A stretch of DNA of 64,000 nt from positions 406,302,524 to 406,366,523 of the forward strand of contig NC_058130.1 in the NCBI RefSeq assembly GCF_016433145.1. Direction: 5' to 3'. Positions 49,421-62,423 of the stretch are shown here, in pieces. Numbering within the stretch: position 1 is the stretch's first letter; each line of letters starts with the position of its first letter. Made by a program: the position numbers and the translations under genes. The notes beneath the pieces are model-generated. The model was not told the DNA's origin. It saw only the letters and a list, made by a program, of their open reading frames with translations, and did not search any database. This stretch comes from Gracilinanus agilis. Lineage: Eukaryota.

Positions 49421-51974
49421 GAGAAAAAAGAAGTACATTGGATATGGCCTCACCAGGTCAGATGGCAGACGGATAATTACCTCCCTCATATAGACAACAT
49501 GCTTCAGTCAATGGATCCTTAGATAGCATTACTTTATTTGGTGTTATATCAACAGAATATAAGTTCCTTTAGGGCAAGGGGCTATTTTTGTTTTTGTCTT
49601 TGTATCTCTAGTGCCTAGAACATGGTCAGTGTTTCATAAGAGCTTATTGAGATAGAGGCACTGATTAAGAGAGTACCTGATAAATTTGATAACAGTATAG
49701 GATTTGATTCATTGTTCAGCCACATCTGGGGTTGTCTTCCCATGGAGTATGGGCATGCTATTGGAGCTTTATTGAAAGAACAAAATCTCTAGATTGATTG
49801 CTTCCTAGAGATGGGAGGAGGTCAGGACTCAGGAGGATAGATCTGGCCTCAGCATGGTGTGTAAAAGCCATTAGGCCAGCTTGCCCAATCTGGGGAAGTA
49901 TGTACAGTATCTAGTGGAACAGGTCTGGTTTGGGGAAAGGGGAAATCTGTGTCATCGAAATCTTTCCCCCAAAGAAAGAACAGAAATGTCCATCTTAGAG
50001 CAAAGGCATATGGGACCCAAGAGTAGACTTTTCCACTCAATGAGATTACAATGACCAAAGCTTTGATATATTTCCAGCAGAAGCACATGACAAATGTAGA
50101 TAGACAATGTTCATGGACTCCAACCTGTCATGAGGAAGGGGTGGTACTTTAATTCTCTTGGCAGTGTGAAAATGAAATCTAGCCTCCTAGTTAGAGAAGA
50201 AAAATTTCCTGGTCTGCACCCTTGGACATTGTTTGGTGAATAATCCCAAAGTCAAGAGTTAGAGGATTAGATTGGTGAAAGGGGTTGGAAGTTGGTTAGG
50301 ATTTCCTGATGCAGTTGACTCCCTGGAGAAAGAAAAGATTTACCTCATAGCTCCTAAACAGCATCCTACTTGAAGAACAAAACCAGTAAGCAATTCTGAT
50401 GGTGAAGACTATCATGGTAAGTACCTTGCCTCTTCAACAGTTTCAAAGAGTATTTGCCTTCTGGGAAAACCAAAACTACAGAATATCACCATGAAACTGG
50501 GAGATAACAGTATAAGAGACTATGAGAACTAATTGATGCATATTTAGAGTGCTGGGCCTGGAATCAGAAAGATGAGCTCAAATGTATCCTCAGAGACTTA
50601 CTAGTTGTGTGACCTAGGTAAGTCACTTACTTGCCATTTGCCTCAGTTTCCTCCACTGTAAAACAGGAATAATAATAGCACCTATCTCTTAAGGTTGTCA
50701 TAAAGACCAGATGAGATAATATTTGGAGAGCATGACTGGCACATAGAAGGCACTATATAAATGCTTATTTCCTTTCACTTTCAATTGATCAGTCAATCAA
50801 TAAACATGTATTATGCACCTATGATGGGTCAGGCACCATGCTAAGCACTACAAAGGGCTATGGATCCATCAAAATGTCAAAGAATTGCTCTACTGGTGAT
50901 CTCCAAGTTGAGTTCCCTTCCAAGGGGAGCCAATGAGTTCTTGGAGTGTTTCATATGTTTCTGTGTCTCATTTATTGCCAGGGGAGTTCAAGAAAGATCG
51001 TCCTATCAACATTGCTCCTCTGAGAGTCAATACAGGATCTGGGATCTTGTTCCTCAAAACCCAGATACAAGCTAAATATAAGCTTGAGTCTGAAATTTTT
51101 CTAGGGTAACTCTAGGTGGGAGCAATGAATCAGAGAAAACTTGACTGGTCTATGTGAGTTTGGGATGAGAGAGGGAAAGGGAATGAAGAGCTGTGTCTTG
51201 GCTATGAATGAATGAATGAATATATTTCACACTGGGTTTGACATTTATTAAAGCTCCTAATTTCATATAAAATGATGTTAGCTTTACTTCCCTCATCCTA
51301 TACTACATATTCAGTTGATTTTTTAAATCTAAGCGAAGTTATGACGCCTTTTTTCCAGATTAGATTTTATTTTATTGGTTGCTAGTTGTTGAAGTGGATA
51401 GGTTCTAGGTCTGAAATCAGGAAGATCTGAGTTCAAATGCAACCTCAGACACTTAACCCTATTTATCTCAGTTTCCTCATCTGTAAAATGAGAATAATAA
51501 AAGCACCTATTTCCCAGGGTTGTTGTGAGGATCCAATGAGATAATAAAAGCTCTTAGCACAGTGTCTGGGACATGGTAGGTGCTTAGAAATGTTTCAGAC
51601 TGTCAAAATCATTTGGAAATCTATGTCCCTAGAAATTTTTATATATTTTGTAGTTTCACAGTCTATGCCTTTGGTCATAGTCAGTGGAACAGAGAGTAAA
51701 GCAACCCTACATTCTGAAGCTTTTGTCCCCCAGTGGTTTTGGTTTCTGCCCCAATCACTTTTAACAATTCATACTTACAATCATATTAAAACAGTCCGAA
51801 GTTTAGTCAAAAGGTTCTAAGACTTCAAGGCAACATTAGATAAGCATTTATTAAGCACCTACCAAATGCTGTACTAGGTGCTAAGGATACAAAGACAAAA
51901 ATCTAAATAGTCCCTGACCTCAAGGTGCTTAAATTCTACTAGGATGCAAATATGGAGTTGACTGGATTTTCTGC

Positions 51975-52205
51975 TTAACCAAAGGTGAGAAGTGGAAAGA
52001 GTACTGGGCCTGGAATCAGGAAGACTCTCTCTTCCAGAGTTCAAATTTGGCCTCAGACACTTACTAGCTGCAAGATCCTGGGCAAGTCACTTAATCCCAT
52101 TTGCCTCAATTTCCTCATCTGTCAAGTGAGTTGGAGAAGGCAATGACAAACCACTCCAATATCTTTGCCAAGAATACTGTGAAGAATTGGACACAACTGA
52201 ATCAG
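51975..52205 (+). mobile_element. MAR1 SINE
   Basis: GGAGAAGGCAATGACAAACCACTCCAATATCTTTGCCAAGAA..GGACACAACTGAA tail. Confidence 0.85.
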
Positions 52206-52654
52206 GAGGCTGAATCTTTCTAAGCTGTCTAAATATGCTTTTCTACTTTAGTATCATTTAGGAAACACCACTAAATTCTTGGATGGAATGCGGGGGGTGG
52301 GGGGGGGCAATCATTCTGAACACCAGCTCTAATCATCAAATCCAGTGGAAGCTTCTCTACCCAGTTTCCAGAGCCTTCAGCAATCTGGCCCCACCCAGCC
52401 TCTCCTAACATCCCTACAAACCCATAGAATCATGGCTTTGTTGCTGATAGGGATCTGTGCTCAAACTCCTGCATTTTACCAGGGAAGAAACAGAGACCCA
52501 GAGAAGAGAAATTATTTACCCAAGGTCACACAACAGGTGAGTGACAGAGGAAAATCCAGGTCTTTTGATTCCCAGTCCAACAAACAAAAAAGCTCAATGC
52601 CCTTTTTCCTGTATCACATTCCTTGCTTTCTCAACTTTGGTCTTTCTCCTATAA

Positions 52655-52834
52655 NNNNNNNNNNNNNNNNNNNNNNNNNNNNNNNNNNNNNNNNNNNNNN
52701 NNNNNNNNNNNNNNNNNNNNNNNNNNNNNNNNNNNNNNNNNNNNNNNNNNNNNNNNNNNNNNNNNNNNNNNNNNNNNNNNNNNNNNNNNNNNNNNNNNNN
52801 NNNNNNNNNNNNNNNNNNNNNNNNNNNNNNNNNN
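52655..52834. other. Assembly gap (180 N)
   Basis: N run. Confidence 1.
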
Positions 52835-53510
52835 CTGGTTCATTGGGCCCAAGCTCACAGATGCCTTTCCAGCCTATAACGGTTAATAACAATACTAGTG
52901 ATAAAACAACTTCCCCACCTCACTCTGTTCAGCCAGTTGGCCTTCCTGAGAACTGGGTCAGCATTATTACTTTACTCCTCCCTTCTGATAGATGAGGAAC
53001 CAGAATCACAGAGGTTAAGTACCTTGGAAGACCATGCAGAGGGATGCTGGGAGTGGGGAGCACAGAGGCCTTTAGGAGGCCACTTATTTCATCAAATTGC
53101 ATACCACAGCAAGCGCCTCCAGCCAATGGGCCCGCAGCCCTTCTCTGCAGAGGCTCTTCCAGGAGAGCCTGGGGAGAAAGCTCCCGCTGCAGGAGAGAGG
53201 GCTGGGCTGCTTCAGCTCTCTCTCCCAGCTCCTTTTCCAACTGTGCTCCCTCACACACGGCTCTCCCTGCGGCAGGATTTCACTGTTAATTCGCTAGCAG
53301 AGGAGGTGGGAGCAATGTCTAAGGGCCAGAGAAGCTCCTGGGGGTTTTAGCCTCTGGGCCACATATGCCTAACTGGAGATTGAGCCCCATTTTGAAGGGT
53401 CTCAGGAGATGGGGGGAAAGAAGACCATACTTTCTCCCTCTCTAAAATATACATGAGTTCCTGATGATGAATGGAGAGTAATTGGATTAAAGCCCAAGTT
53501 GGGGGAGGAG

Positions 53511-53680
53511 GGGGAGAGCTATGTAGTTTAGTAGATGAGAGCATCAGGCCTGGAGTTGGGAGGATCTGGATTCAAATCTAGAGTCAGACATGTCCTAGCT
53601 GTGTAACCCTGGGCAAGTCACTTCATCCCATTTGCCTAGCCCTTGCCTTTATGTCTTAGAGTTATTATTAGGACAGAAAG
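53511..53680 (+). mobile_element. Opossum CORE-SINE (older tail variant)
   Basis: Same tail as the copy at 42926. Confidence 0.78.
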
Positions 53681-54926
53681 ACAATTAGGTGAGACCTACC
53701 AAGAACCCCATTAGACTAGGTCACAGGTTTGCACCCCAAACAGGAAGCCTTTAATGAGGTATCATCTAGTTTCAAGGACCAAAGTTCAAACCCTCCTAAT
53801 TCTGCCATCTTGAACAAGTCAATTCCTCTGGGCCTCAGTCTCTCATCTGTAAAATGAAGGAGATGGATTTAAAGTCCTCTAAGGTTTCCTCCCACTCTAA
53901 CTCTATAATCAACCCTATGATCCTCAGCACCAACACCATAAGGGAGCTCCGCTGGGTTCCAAATACTTGCTAAGTCCCCACTTGCAGCTGGGCATTAATT
54001 CTAGTCTGTCTAGGATCTGGCCTCACCTCACCTCTTGTTCCTTTCCAAAGCACCTTCTGTTCTAGCCAAGCTAGTCTTTCTACTATGGCCTTTACATAAC
54101 GCACTATCACACCCACTTCTGAGTCTTTATTCAGACTGGTCCTCCTCCTTGGCTTGCTCTCCCTCCTGATCTCCTGATTCCCCTTTCAAGCTTTCAAGGC
54201 AACAGTTCAGGACCTACCTCCTTCCATTTCCAAATTCCTATGGCATTTAGAGTCTGTGTTGCCCTCTACATGGTGTGAATCCCAGAAGGCATTTGGAAAA
54301 CCCAAAGCAGTCTGAGGAAGCAAGATGATATCCAATGTAACACACCAGATGGACCTGGGGAGACCACCAGCCACTGTGTGATACAGACCATTAATGATTA
54401 CAGACTCTTCTGTTATTCTCTAAATGTTTCCTGGGTGTATGTCTTGTCTTATCTAACAAGACCATGAACTCCTAGGGGAGGGAACAAATCTTATACTTCT
54501 CTTGTATTTCCCAAGGATAGCACTCAGCACACATTAGGCGCTCAATGAATATTTCCTGTACAAACCAGAAATAATACTATCTGAATGGCTTCATAAGAAA
54601 GATCAGTTGGCTCCAAGCAAATGCCAATCCAACAAGCATTTATTTAGTATATTATTTAGTGCCTGAAATAAGGTGCAAAATGATCTCCCTGTTGAGATTT
54701 CCAACGCACCAGTCAAGTAGAGTCTGTAAGTATGGACTCACCAAATACATCTCCAACCAGATCTTCCTGCCACTAAGTCTAGGTAAAATACCACCAACCC
54801 TGGAATCAGGAGACCTGAATTCTATGGTGAACTAGAACACTAAATCACTAAACAACTTTGGACAAGTCATTTAAACCCTCTGTGCCTCATTTTCCCCTCT
54901 TGAAAATACTAATAATGTCTGCTCTG

Positions 54927-55250
54927 TTCAAATATGGCTCCAGATACTTCCTAGTTGTGTGACTTTGGGCAAGTCACTCAAACTCCATTGCCTGGCCCTT
55001 ACCTTTCTTCTGCCTTAGAACCAATACTTAGTATCGATTCTAAGGTAGAAAGTATTGGTTTAAGGGGGCAGCTGAGTGGCTTAGTGGATTGAGAGCCAGG
55101 CCTAGAGACAGGAGGTCCTAGGTTCAAGTCTGGCCTCAGACACTTCCTAGCTGGGCAAGTCACTTAACCCTCGTTGCCTATCCCTTATCACTCTTCTGCC
55201 TCGGAACCAATACACAGTATTGATTCTAAGATGAAAGGCAAGATAAAAAA
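54927..55250 (+). mobile_element. Two tandem opossum CORE-SINEs (5'-truncated copy, then a full copy from 55064)
   Basis: Two consecutive diagnostic tails. Confidence 0.85.
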
Positions 55251-56221
55251 ATGAATGAATAAATAAATAAGTGAGATTACCTTATGGCAAATTAATCTAA
55301 CAACTAACCTCCCAGAATTGGGGCCATGTCCTGGTTCTGCCATTTGCTAGCTGTGTGACTTTAGGCAAATTTCTGATCCCCGGTTTTCTCATTCATACTA
55401 TTGTGGTTTATAACAGTACTCATGCTACTTGCGGAGAGGAAAGTGTTTTGTGAGCTATCACATACTACAAAGTGTAAACAGCTACTGGTACATACAAATG
55501 CCACCATATATAATGAAAGGTGTTCAAGTATACGTTCCAAAGATTGTTGTCATTTTCCCCTTCTTCACAGAGGAATTCAAAGAGTGTTGGTGGAGAGACC
55601 ATTTGTGCCTGGGAGCAAGAAAACTTGAAGTTCTAGTTTGGGCTTTGGAACTTCTTAACTCTAGGACTTTTGAGTCAGACACTTAACTCTGAAACTTCCT
55701 AACTCTGTGACCTTGAGCCAAACACAGAACCTCTCAGCCTCAGTTTTCTCTCATCTGTAAAATGGGGGCAACATACTTGCTGTACTTAAACCGTACAAGC
55801 TTGTTGTGAGTAAAGCACTTTATGAACCTTAAAGTATTATATCAACTGCCATTTGTCAGTGTTAATATTAATAATAAACTGGTGCTTAGCTTCCCTTTTC
55901 AGAAGTATAGTCAAATCATTCCCCTCCAATGGAGGTTATTCATGCCTTCGCCTAGTCAAAGTTCTGGTCAGAATAGATTCTCCAGGCTCGACTTAGAATC
56001 ATAGACTGCACCAACTGGAAGAGACACCAAACCCACCCAATCTTTCGAGAAGCTAATATGCAGAAGCAGAGCTGGCAAAGAAACTCTGAGTTGGGCCATC
56101 TGACGAAAAGATGAATCTGGGAAAGTACTTGGAAACCTCAGACACTCTAAGAAGACAAGATGATAGCCCGTGTCGTATGGAAGCATTGTCTGTCTCGGTC
56201 CGGGTTCTTGCTCTTGGATTG

Positions 56222-57530
56222 ACTTTCTAAAGCCCAAAGCATAGTTTTCGTTCACTTATTTCTCTTTTCTTGGAAATTATATATGTGCATGTGTGTGTAC
56301 ACATATGAATACAGGTGTATATGTACACAGTCATGTTTATTATGTGTTATATGTGGCATGCCATGTTTGTGTATATTCTACCTAGATATTGTTCTATAAT
56401 ATATAGTGTATTGTGCATGTTATAAATTGTGTGTATGTGTGTATAAATGTAATAGTAAACATGTATGTATGCCACTTCTGTTGGTGATTTATTTCTTGGA
56501 AATTATATTTGTTTTTCAGTTCTTTAGATAGGTCTGACTTTCCATGAACCTGTGGACCATAGCATGCCAAGACTGTCCATGGGATTTTCTTGGAAAAGAT
56601 GCCCAAATGGTTTGCCATTTCTTTCTCCAGTGGATTAAGGCAAACAGAGGTTGTGACTTACCCAGGGCCACACATTGAATAAGTGTCTAAAGCTGGTTTT
56701 GAACTCTGTTCTTCCTAATTCCAGGCCCAGTGCTCTATCCACTTTGCCACCTACCTGCCTCCTAAAAATTATATATTCACACACATACATACAAACATAT
56801 ATCTGTGTATGTGGAGAGAGAGACACACACAGGAGGGGGACACTTTCTGAAACCCACTGCTGCTTAATTTTGCAGTTGATTTTTCATTGAAAAATGTATT
56901 TGTGTATATATGCATGCACATGTGTGCATGTGTGTGTTATGTATATATACGTGTATGTGTGTTGTGGTATGATGTGTTTGTATATCATCTTGTATGTGTT
57001 ATATTTAAAGTATCTGTGTGTGTATATACCAGCAAATATGTCTGTATACAAGTTCGCTGGTCGTTTCTTTCTCTTTTCTTGGAAATTATATATATATCAC
57101 ATATGTATATATTTATATATACACATATATGTACAGAGAGACTTTGAAAGCCCAGTTCATGGTTTAGCTGATGATTTATTTCTTTTCATTTCCAAGAAAG
57201 GAGAAATAAATCAACTACAAAGCTATGCACTGGGCTTTTTAAAGCCTATGTGTGTATATCTGTCTGTTGGTCTGTATGTCTGTTTTATCACCAATCTATC
57301 ATCTATCTGTCTGTCTATCCATCCATCCGTCTGTTTGTCTGTCTGTCTGTTATGTCACCAATCTATCTATTCATCCATCTATCTCTCTATCTGTCCTATC
57401 ATCCATCTATCCATCTATTCATCTCTTTATTCATCCATCTATCTATATCTAAATGTATATGTGTATATATACACACACCCATGTGTGCATAATTTCCAAG
57501 AAAAAAAATAAATCACCCACAAAAATGTCA
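56222..57530. repeat. Local array of a ~55-bp unit (five + copies, two - copies) with TA/TG/CA and (TCTA/TCCA) microsatellite spacers
   Basis: Approximate unit ACTTTNNAAAGCCCAGTGCATAGTTTTGCAGTTGATTTATTTCTCTTTTCTTGGAAAT. Copies at ~56222, 56476 (partial), 56842, 57050 (partial) and 57141 on +, and at 57188-57245 and 57488-57527 on -. Confidence 0.8.
56508..56762 (-). mobile_element. MAR1 SINE inserted within the array
   Basis: MAR1 tail, CORE and head in reverse, flanked by AAATTATAT on both sides. Confidence 0.82.
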
Positions 57531-58719
57531 TATAGACACATACTGGTGTGTGTGTGTATGTATAATGTCTTTCTTCTTGATTTGAATCTGAGAGAACCCA
57601 TGGGATGGCCAAATAGTAATAGAAGATTCCTCCCAATTTTATTAAGCTCAATCTTCCTAGGAAAACATGGAAAGCTTTTCACTTCACTTAAGAAGTTCCT
57701 GTCTAGGATTTCATAGAACCCTAGTACAAGGAAGATTCTGTAGTTATCTCTTTATAAGTCTTCCTTATGTACCTATATATGTATTTGCCTCCTTGAGAGT
57801 AAGGACGGTTTCCTTCTTTCTATCCCCTGGTATGAAGCCCTGGCACATAGCATAAACATTTAATAAAAAATGCTTGTCTTTTGACTGGTCGATTGAATGT
57901 TTATGTTCATTTCCCTTTTCAAAACAAGCATATACCATCCCAGAAAGGAGAAACTTTCTCCCATTTTCTGAGGCTTTTAGAGGAAAGGATCGTACCACCT
58001 CTGGCACTCAATAGATGCAATATTTAAATGACTTCCCCTCCCACTATAACTGAGATACTTGCCTTTACTCTAACCTGAAACTAGCCCACTTCACAGAGAA
58101 TCATTTCCTTTTGTTCTATCCTTAGGATTGAAGGAAAGCAACTAGTCTTATTTCATCATCTTTTTCAAGATGATTCCTCAGATACCTCTCAGCTCTGATT
58201 TCTTTAGGCTGAAAATCCTAGTTCCTCTAATGCTGTCATATTTTCAATGAGGATTAAACTTAATGAGGTTTTGATTGAATCCCCTTAAAACCTCACTATT
58301 CCATACCTTTCCACTCTTGGTACCTGCTACTTTCAGGTACCCAGTGCCCTCTTTATCTCATCTTCTCTCCTTTCTTTCAGGAAAAGTACTAAGATCAAAC
58401 ATTTATATCTTAGTATGAAGGACATTATGGTGATTCCATCCTCCAAGGGAATTTATCTTCTAAGTTTGATTTCTTATTGAGGAGTTAAAGACTTTGTTCT
58501 CATAAGGAGTTTTTCTCAGATCATCTAGCTAGTAGAGGACATATTTTGGGTAGAGGCAGCAACTTTCCCCACCCCTGTTCCCAAACCTCCAGTCATTTCT
58601 GCAGAGTTTCACTAATCTCTATTCAAATTCTCTTAAGCCCATCACAATTTATCATGCCCTTGTAGATAGAGAATCTTTTAGTCTATAGCTTTTAATAATA
58701 AAAACTGTTTGACAGATAG

Positions 58720-59150
58720 CTCTAGAAAAGGCTCTACAACACTGGAAAAAATAATAACAGAAGTCATCTGGAGGAGCAGAAGGTCAAGAATCTCAAGGGA
58801 AATAATGAGAAAAAAAATGGGAAGGAAGGGAACCTAACAGCACCAGATCTCACACTGTACTACAAAACATTAAAAATAATTTGGTGATAATTAACAAATA
58901 GAGAGGTCCATCATTAGAACAGACTGCAAAATCCAGAAGCAAATGAAGCTAAGAGCTTATTATTAGGTAAACCCAAAGACCTCAGCTACTGGGGTAAGGA
59001 TTCACTATTCAACAAAAAATGCTAGGGAAACTAGAAAGTAGTCTGGCAGAAATTAGGTCTTCGTCAAAACACCAAGCCATTTGAATATAGCTTCAAATGG
59101 ATATACACTTAGATATTAAGGGTTCTTGTCATAAACAAATGAAGGGAAAA
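58720..59150 (+). mobile_element. Old L1 ORF2 fragment (post-RT region)
   Basis: Decayed codons for IWR..RSRISREIM..APDL.LYYK and KPKDLSYWGKDSLFNK..ENW, which is L1 ORF2. Multiple stops and frameshifts. Confidence 0.8.
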
Positions 59151-59363
59151 GATTCCTACAGGAGTTGAAAATCCCAGAACAATTGTCTCTTGATTTTATT
59201 ACCTTCTATCTTCCTAATCATTTATCTCAGAATTACTGACTCATGTCTACCTTGTGATCTACTAGGACCCTAAACTTATCATCTGCTCTATTTCTATAGC
59301 CAAACCTTTCCTAACTTGTGTTTCAGATGCTTGCATTTTCTCTCCAGGGAGGCTACCACATGC

Positions 59364-59588
59364 TTTCTTTTCTTTTTCTTTTTCTTTTTTTAAACCCTAA
59401 CCTTCTATCCTAGTATCAATTCTAAGACAGAAGGCAGCAAGAGCTAGACATTTAGGGTTAAGTGACTTGCCCAGGGTCACGTAGCTAGGAAGTATTTGAG
59501 GCCAGATATGAAGTATTTGAGGACCAGTCTAGGTCTTCCAGACTCTACCAAGCCTGGCACTCTATCCACTGAGCTACCTAGTGCTTGC
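59364..59588 (-). mobile_element. Opossum CORE-SINE
   Basis: Reverse copy with a (TTTTC)n tail and an internal duplication of AAGTATTTGAGG. Confidence 0.82.
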
Positions 59589-59886
59589 TCCCATACTTTC
59601 TTTCAAAAACAAAAAACAAACATCTGTAATCATCATCATCCTATCGATGATTCCTATTATGAGCACTTCACTGTCTACAAAGTATTTTCTATCAACAACT
59701 CTTGTGAGACAGACAATACCAGTATCTTTAGATTTATTTTACAGATGAGGACACTGAAAGTCAGAGAGAGGAGATGTGTCCAAGGTCCCACAGAGAGTCA
59801 AAGACAGACCTGGGACCATATTAGAGTCTCATGATTTCCAGCCAAGGATCCTTCTACAATACCAATTTGCTTCCTTTCTTATAGAC

Positions 59887-60096
59887 CGGGGCTTCTTCAC
59901 TTTTTTCCATGATATCCCTTTGGCAGTCCAAGGAAGCTTATGGACCCTTCCTCAGATCAATGTCTTTTTAATTAAAGGAAATACTCAATTTCAAACACAG
60001 ATTAGGAAAAAGAAAAGATATATATATTTCCCCCTCCCCATCCAAGTCCACAGATCCCCTGAAATCCATTCATGGACTCTAAGTTAAGAGCCTCTG
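59887..60096. mobile_element. Charlie1-derived hAT MITE
   Basis: Contains CCCTTTGGCAGTC..CTTATGGACCCTT and CCCATCCAAGTCCACAGATCCCCTGAAATC, ends GTTAAGAGCCTCTG, and has TAGAC-containing flanks. Confidence 0.75.
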
Positions 60097-60371
60097 AGCT
60101 AGACCAATGAGGTCAAGTCTGTATAGAGGTAAACTAGATAGTTGCTTACCTGGTGTGATTTAAAGACAAAGGTCTTCTAAACATAAATATCTCAAGGTTA
60201 GCCTTCACTAGGAACTCAGGTTCCCACTGTTAATTGCCTTTTCTCTTCAAGGACCTTCTGGAGAAGTTCCCATTCTTACTCTGCTAATGTCTTTTGTTCC
60301 CTGCGGTAGGTAATGTATTAATGCTAACATTCATAGAGCAAAGCTGGGAAAAGGAACAAGAGGATATCACT

Positions 60372-60577
60372 GGGGGCAGCTGGATGACTCAGTGGACTGA
60401 GAGCGAGTCTTAGAGACAGCAGGCTCTGGGTGCAAATTTGGCCTTAGACACTTCCTAGCTGGGTGTCCTTGGAGTACTCACTTAACCCCAGTTGCCTTGC
60501 TCTTACCGCTCTTCTGCCTTGTAACCAACACATAGTATTGACATCTAAGATGGAAAGTAAGGGTTTAAAAAAAAAAA
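60372..60577 (+). mobile_element. Opossum CORE-SINE (SINE1_Mdo-like)
   Basis: Full-length copy with A-tail. Confidence 0.88.
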
Positions 60578-60789
60578 GGAAGGAAGCATTGGATACTTGA
60601 AGATTCAGAGGTTGAGAGGTGCCAACCCGAAGTTGGACAGTGGGTCTGGGGGATCTCAAAGACAAATTTTATCTAACAAAATTCCACCAGGGGCTTCCTT
60701 ATCTGGAATGCTCAGTGTCTACCATGACCTAAGTCTCGAGATCCATCATTTACAGTGCAGCATGAACGTAAGTTACAATGATCCCTCAC

Positions 60790-61320
60790 TTAGGACCCCT
60801 CATTCTGCTCTGTTCTCCTAGACTGAAAATCATTCTCAAATTCCTCAACCTGGCATTAAAGGTCTCCATACTTATCTCCCCCATACCTCCAGTCAAGCCG
60901 ACCTCTTCATCTCTTCTCCCCCCTTTACTCACTCCATCCTTTATGCCCATCATTCCACTCACCTGGAATGCCTTCACCCTTCCTCTCCACCAATCCAAAT
61001 CTTCATCCTTCAAAGTCCAGTTCATGTCCTACCTTTTCCAGGAAGCCTTCCATGACCACGTCAGCCACCGTGATCTCTCCCTCCTCTAAACTCTTACAGA
61101 TGGCACTGATTGTCCACAAGAGTCATGTGGCCCTTGGCTTGAACTATTTTATAACATCTCTTCTATTGCTAACTTCTTGCAGCTTAGCTTTATCTCTACA
61201 AATCTAGTGGTTATTCCTTGAGGACAGGACTTTATTTTTTTTTGTATCTCCCATAGAACCAGAACAGATCTTGGCATATAGAAAAGCTGGTACATACTGC
61301 ATTTACTGAATGAATGGGTA
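60790..61320 (+). mobile_element. L2 LINE 3' fragment
   Basis: ACCTGGAATGCCTTC..TCCTTCAAAGTCCAGTTCATGTCCTACCTTTTCCAGGAAGCCTTCC..CCTTGAGGACAGGAC..ACTGAATGAATG is a typical L2 3' end. Confidence 0.75.
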
Positions 61321-62423
61321 CCTACGATGCATCAGGCCAATTATTATGTGGTTCTAGGATCACCTTTTTTCTGTGTTTTCAATGAGAATGTTGTTGGAGC
61401 AGATTCAAAAAGTTGGCTAAAGACAGGATAAACTGCATAGCTATCACTCCCTAAATCTCCCAGGTCGGCTACTCTGTCACAGGAGATTAGATCAATCTGA
61501 CAGGTCTTGTCATTTACCCCATCATGTTGGTTGTTAACCAGAATACTATTCTTTTCAAAGTGTCTGCAAATTTCTTCTACAAGATTTATTTTTGCCTTTT
61601 TTTAAAACTAGTTTTTAGGAAAATCTTAAAGCTGAGCCAAAATTGGTTGTTACAAAAAGGCCATTCTTCTCCCTCTTTTTTAAAAGAGGTGAGCCACATG
61701 GCTCAATGGACATAGAATTTATAGTGAGAGGTATGGCTATTCAAGTCCCATATTTCACTTACTACCTCTAAGACCCTGGGTAAGTCATTTCATTTCTTGC
61801 CACCTTAGTTTCCTCATCTGAAAAATGAGATGATTGGACCCAGTGATTCTTTAAGATCTCTTCAAGCTCTAAATCTGTGCTCCCCTGAAAATATAAGCCT
61901 AAAGATGAATCTTTTCTAAGCAAAGAACACCTTGTCAGCCTTCCAGAAGCTTAGGTGGGGTAGTGGATAGGGTTCTAGGCTTGAAATAAAGAAGACCTGA
62001 GTTTAAATCCAGCCTTAAACACTTATTGCTTGTGTGACTTTGGGCCAGTCACCTAGCCTCTATGTGTCTCAGTTTCCTCAACTATGAAATGGGCATGACA
62101 ATAAGACCACCCAGCTCCCCAGGTTGTTGTGACGATCAAATGAGATAAAGCTCTTGGGACATAGTAGGCACTTAATAACGGCCAGTTTCCTCCCTTCCTT
62201 CAAGTGGCCAGTAGTTAGAAGTAGGTTCTGATGAATGTGAATAAAGCATCCCATGAAATGCTTGCATACATTTGAAGTTACAATTTTGCAAAATGTGGTA
62301 TATACTGAGGATTTACCATGGGATCTACTGTGACATCAGCATTAGATAGTAAGAGAAGTTAGAGGCCCAATTCTTGCCCCCAGAAAATTTATGGGATTGA
62401 CACATGGGGGAAAACAAGAGGAG

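Noticed and set aside
50340-50423. Strong donor ATG|GTAAGT
   Set aside because: The upstream candidate exon has stops in all frames, and there is no promoter-like context.
52345-52995. Longest ORF (216 aa)
   Set aside because: It is open only because it crosses a 180-N gap, and the first part is MIR-derived.
56894-57511. 205-aa ORF and overlapping ORFs
   Set aside because: Read-through of TA/TG/TCTA microsatellites, with low-complexity Y/I/C/V/S composition.
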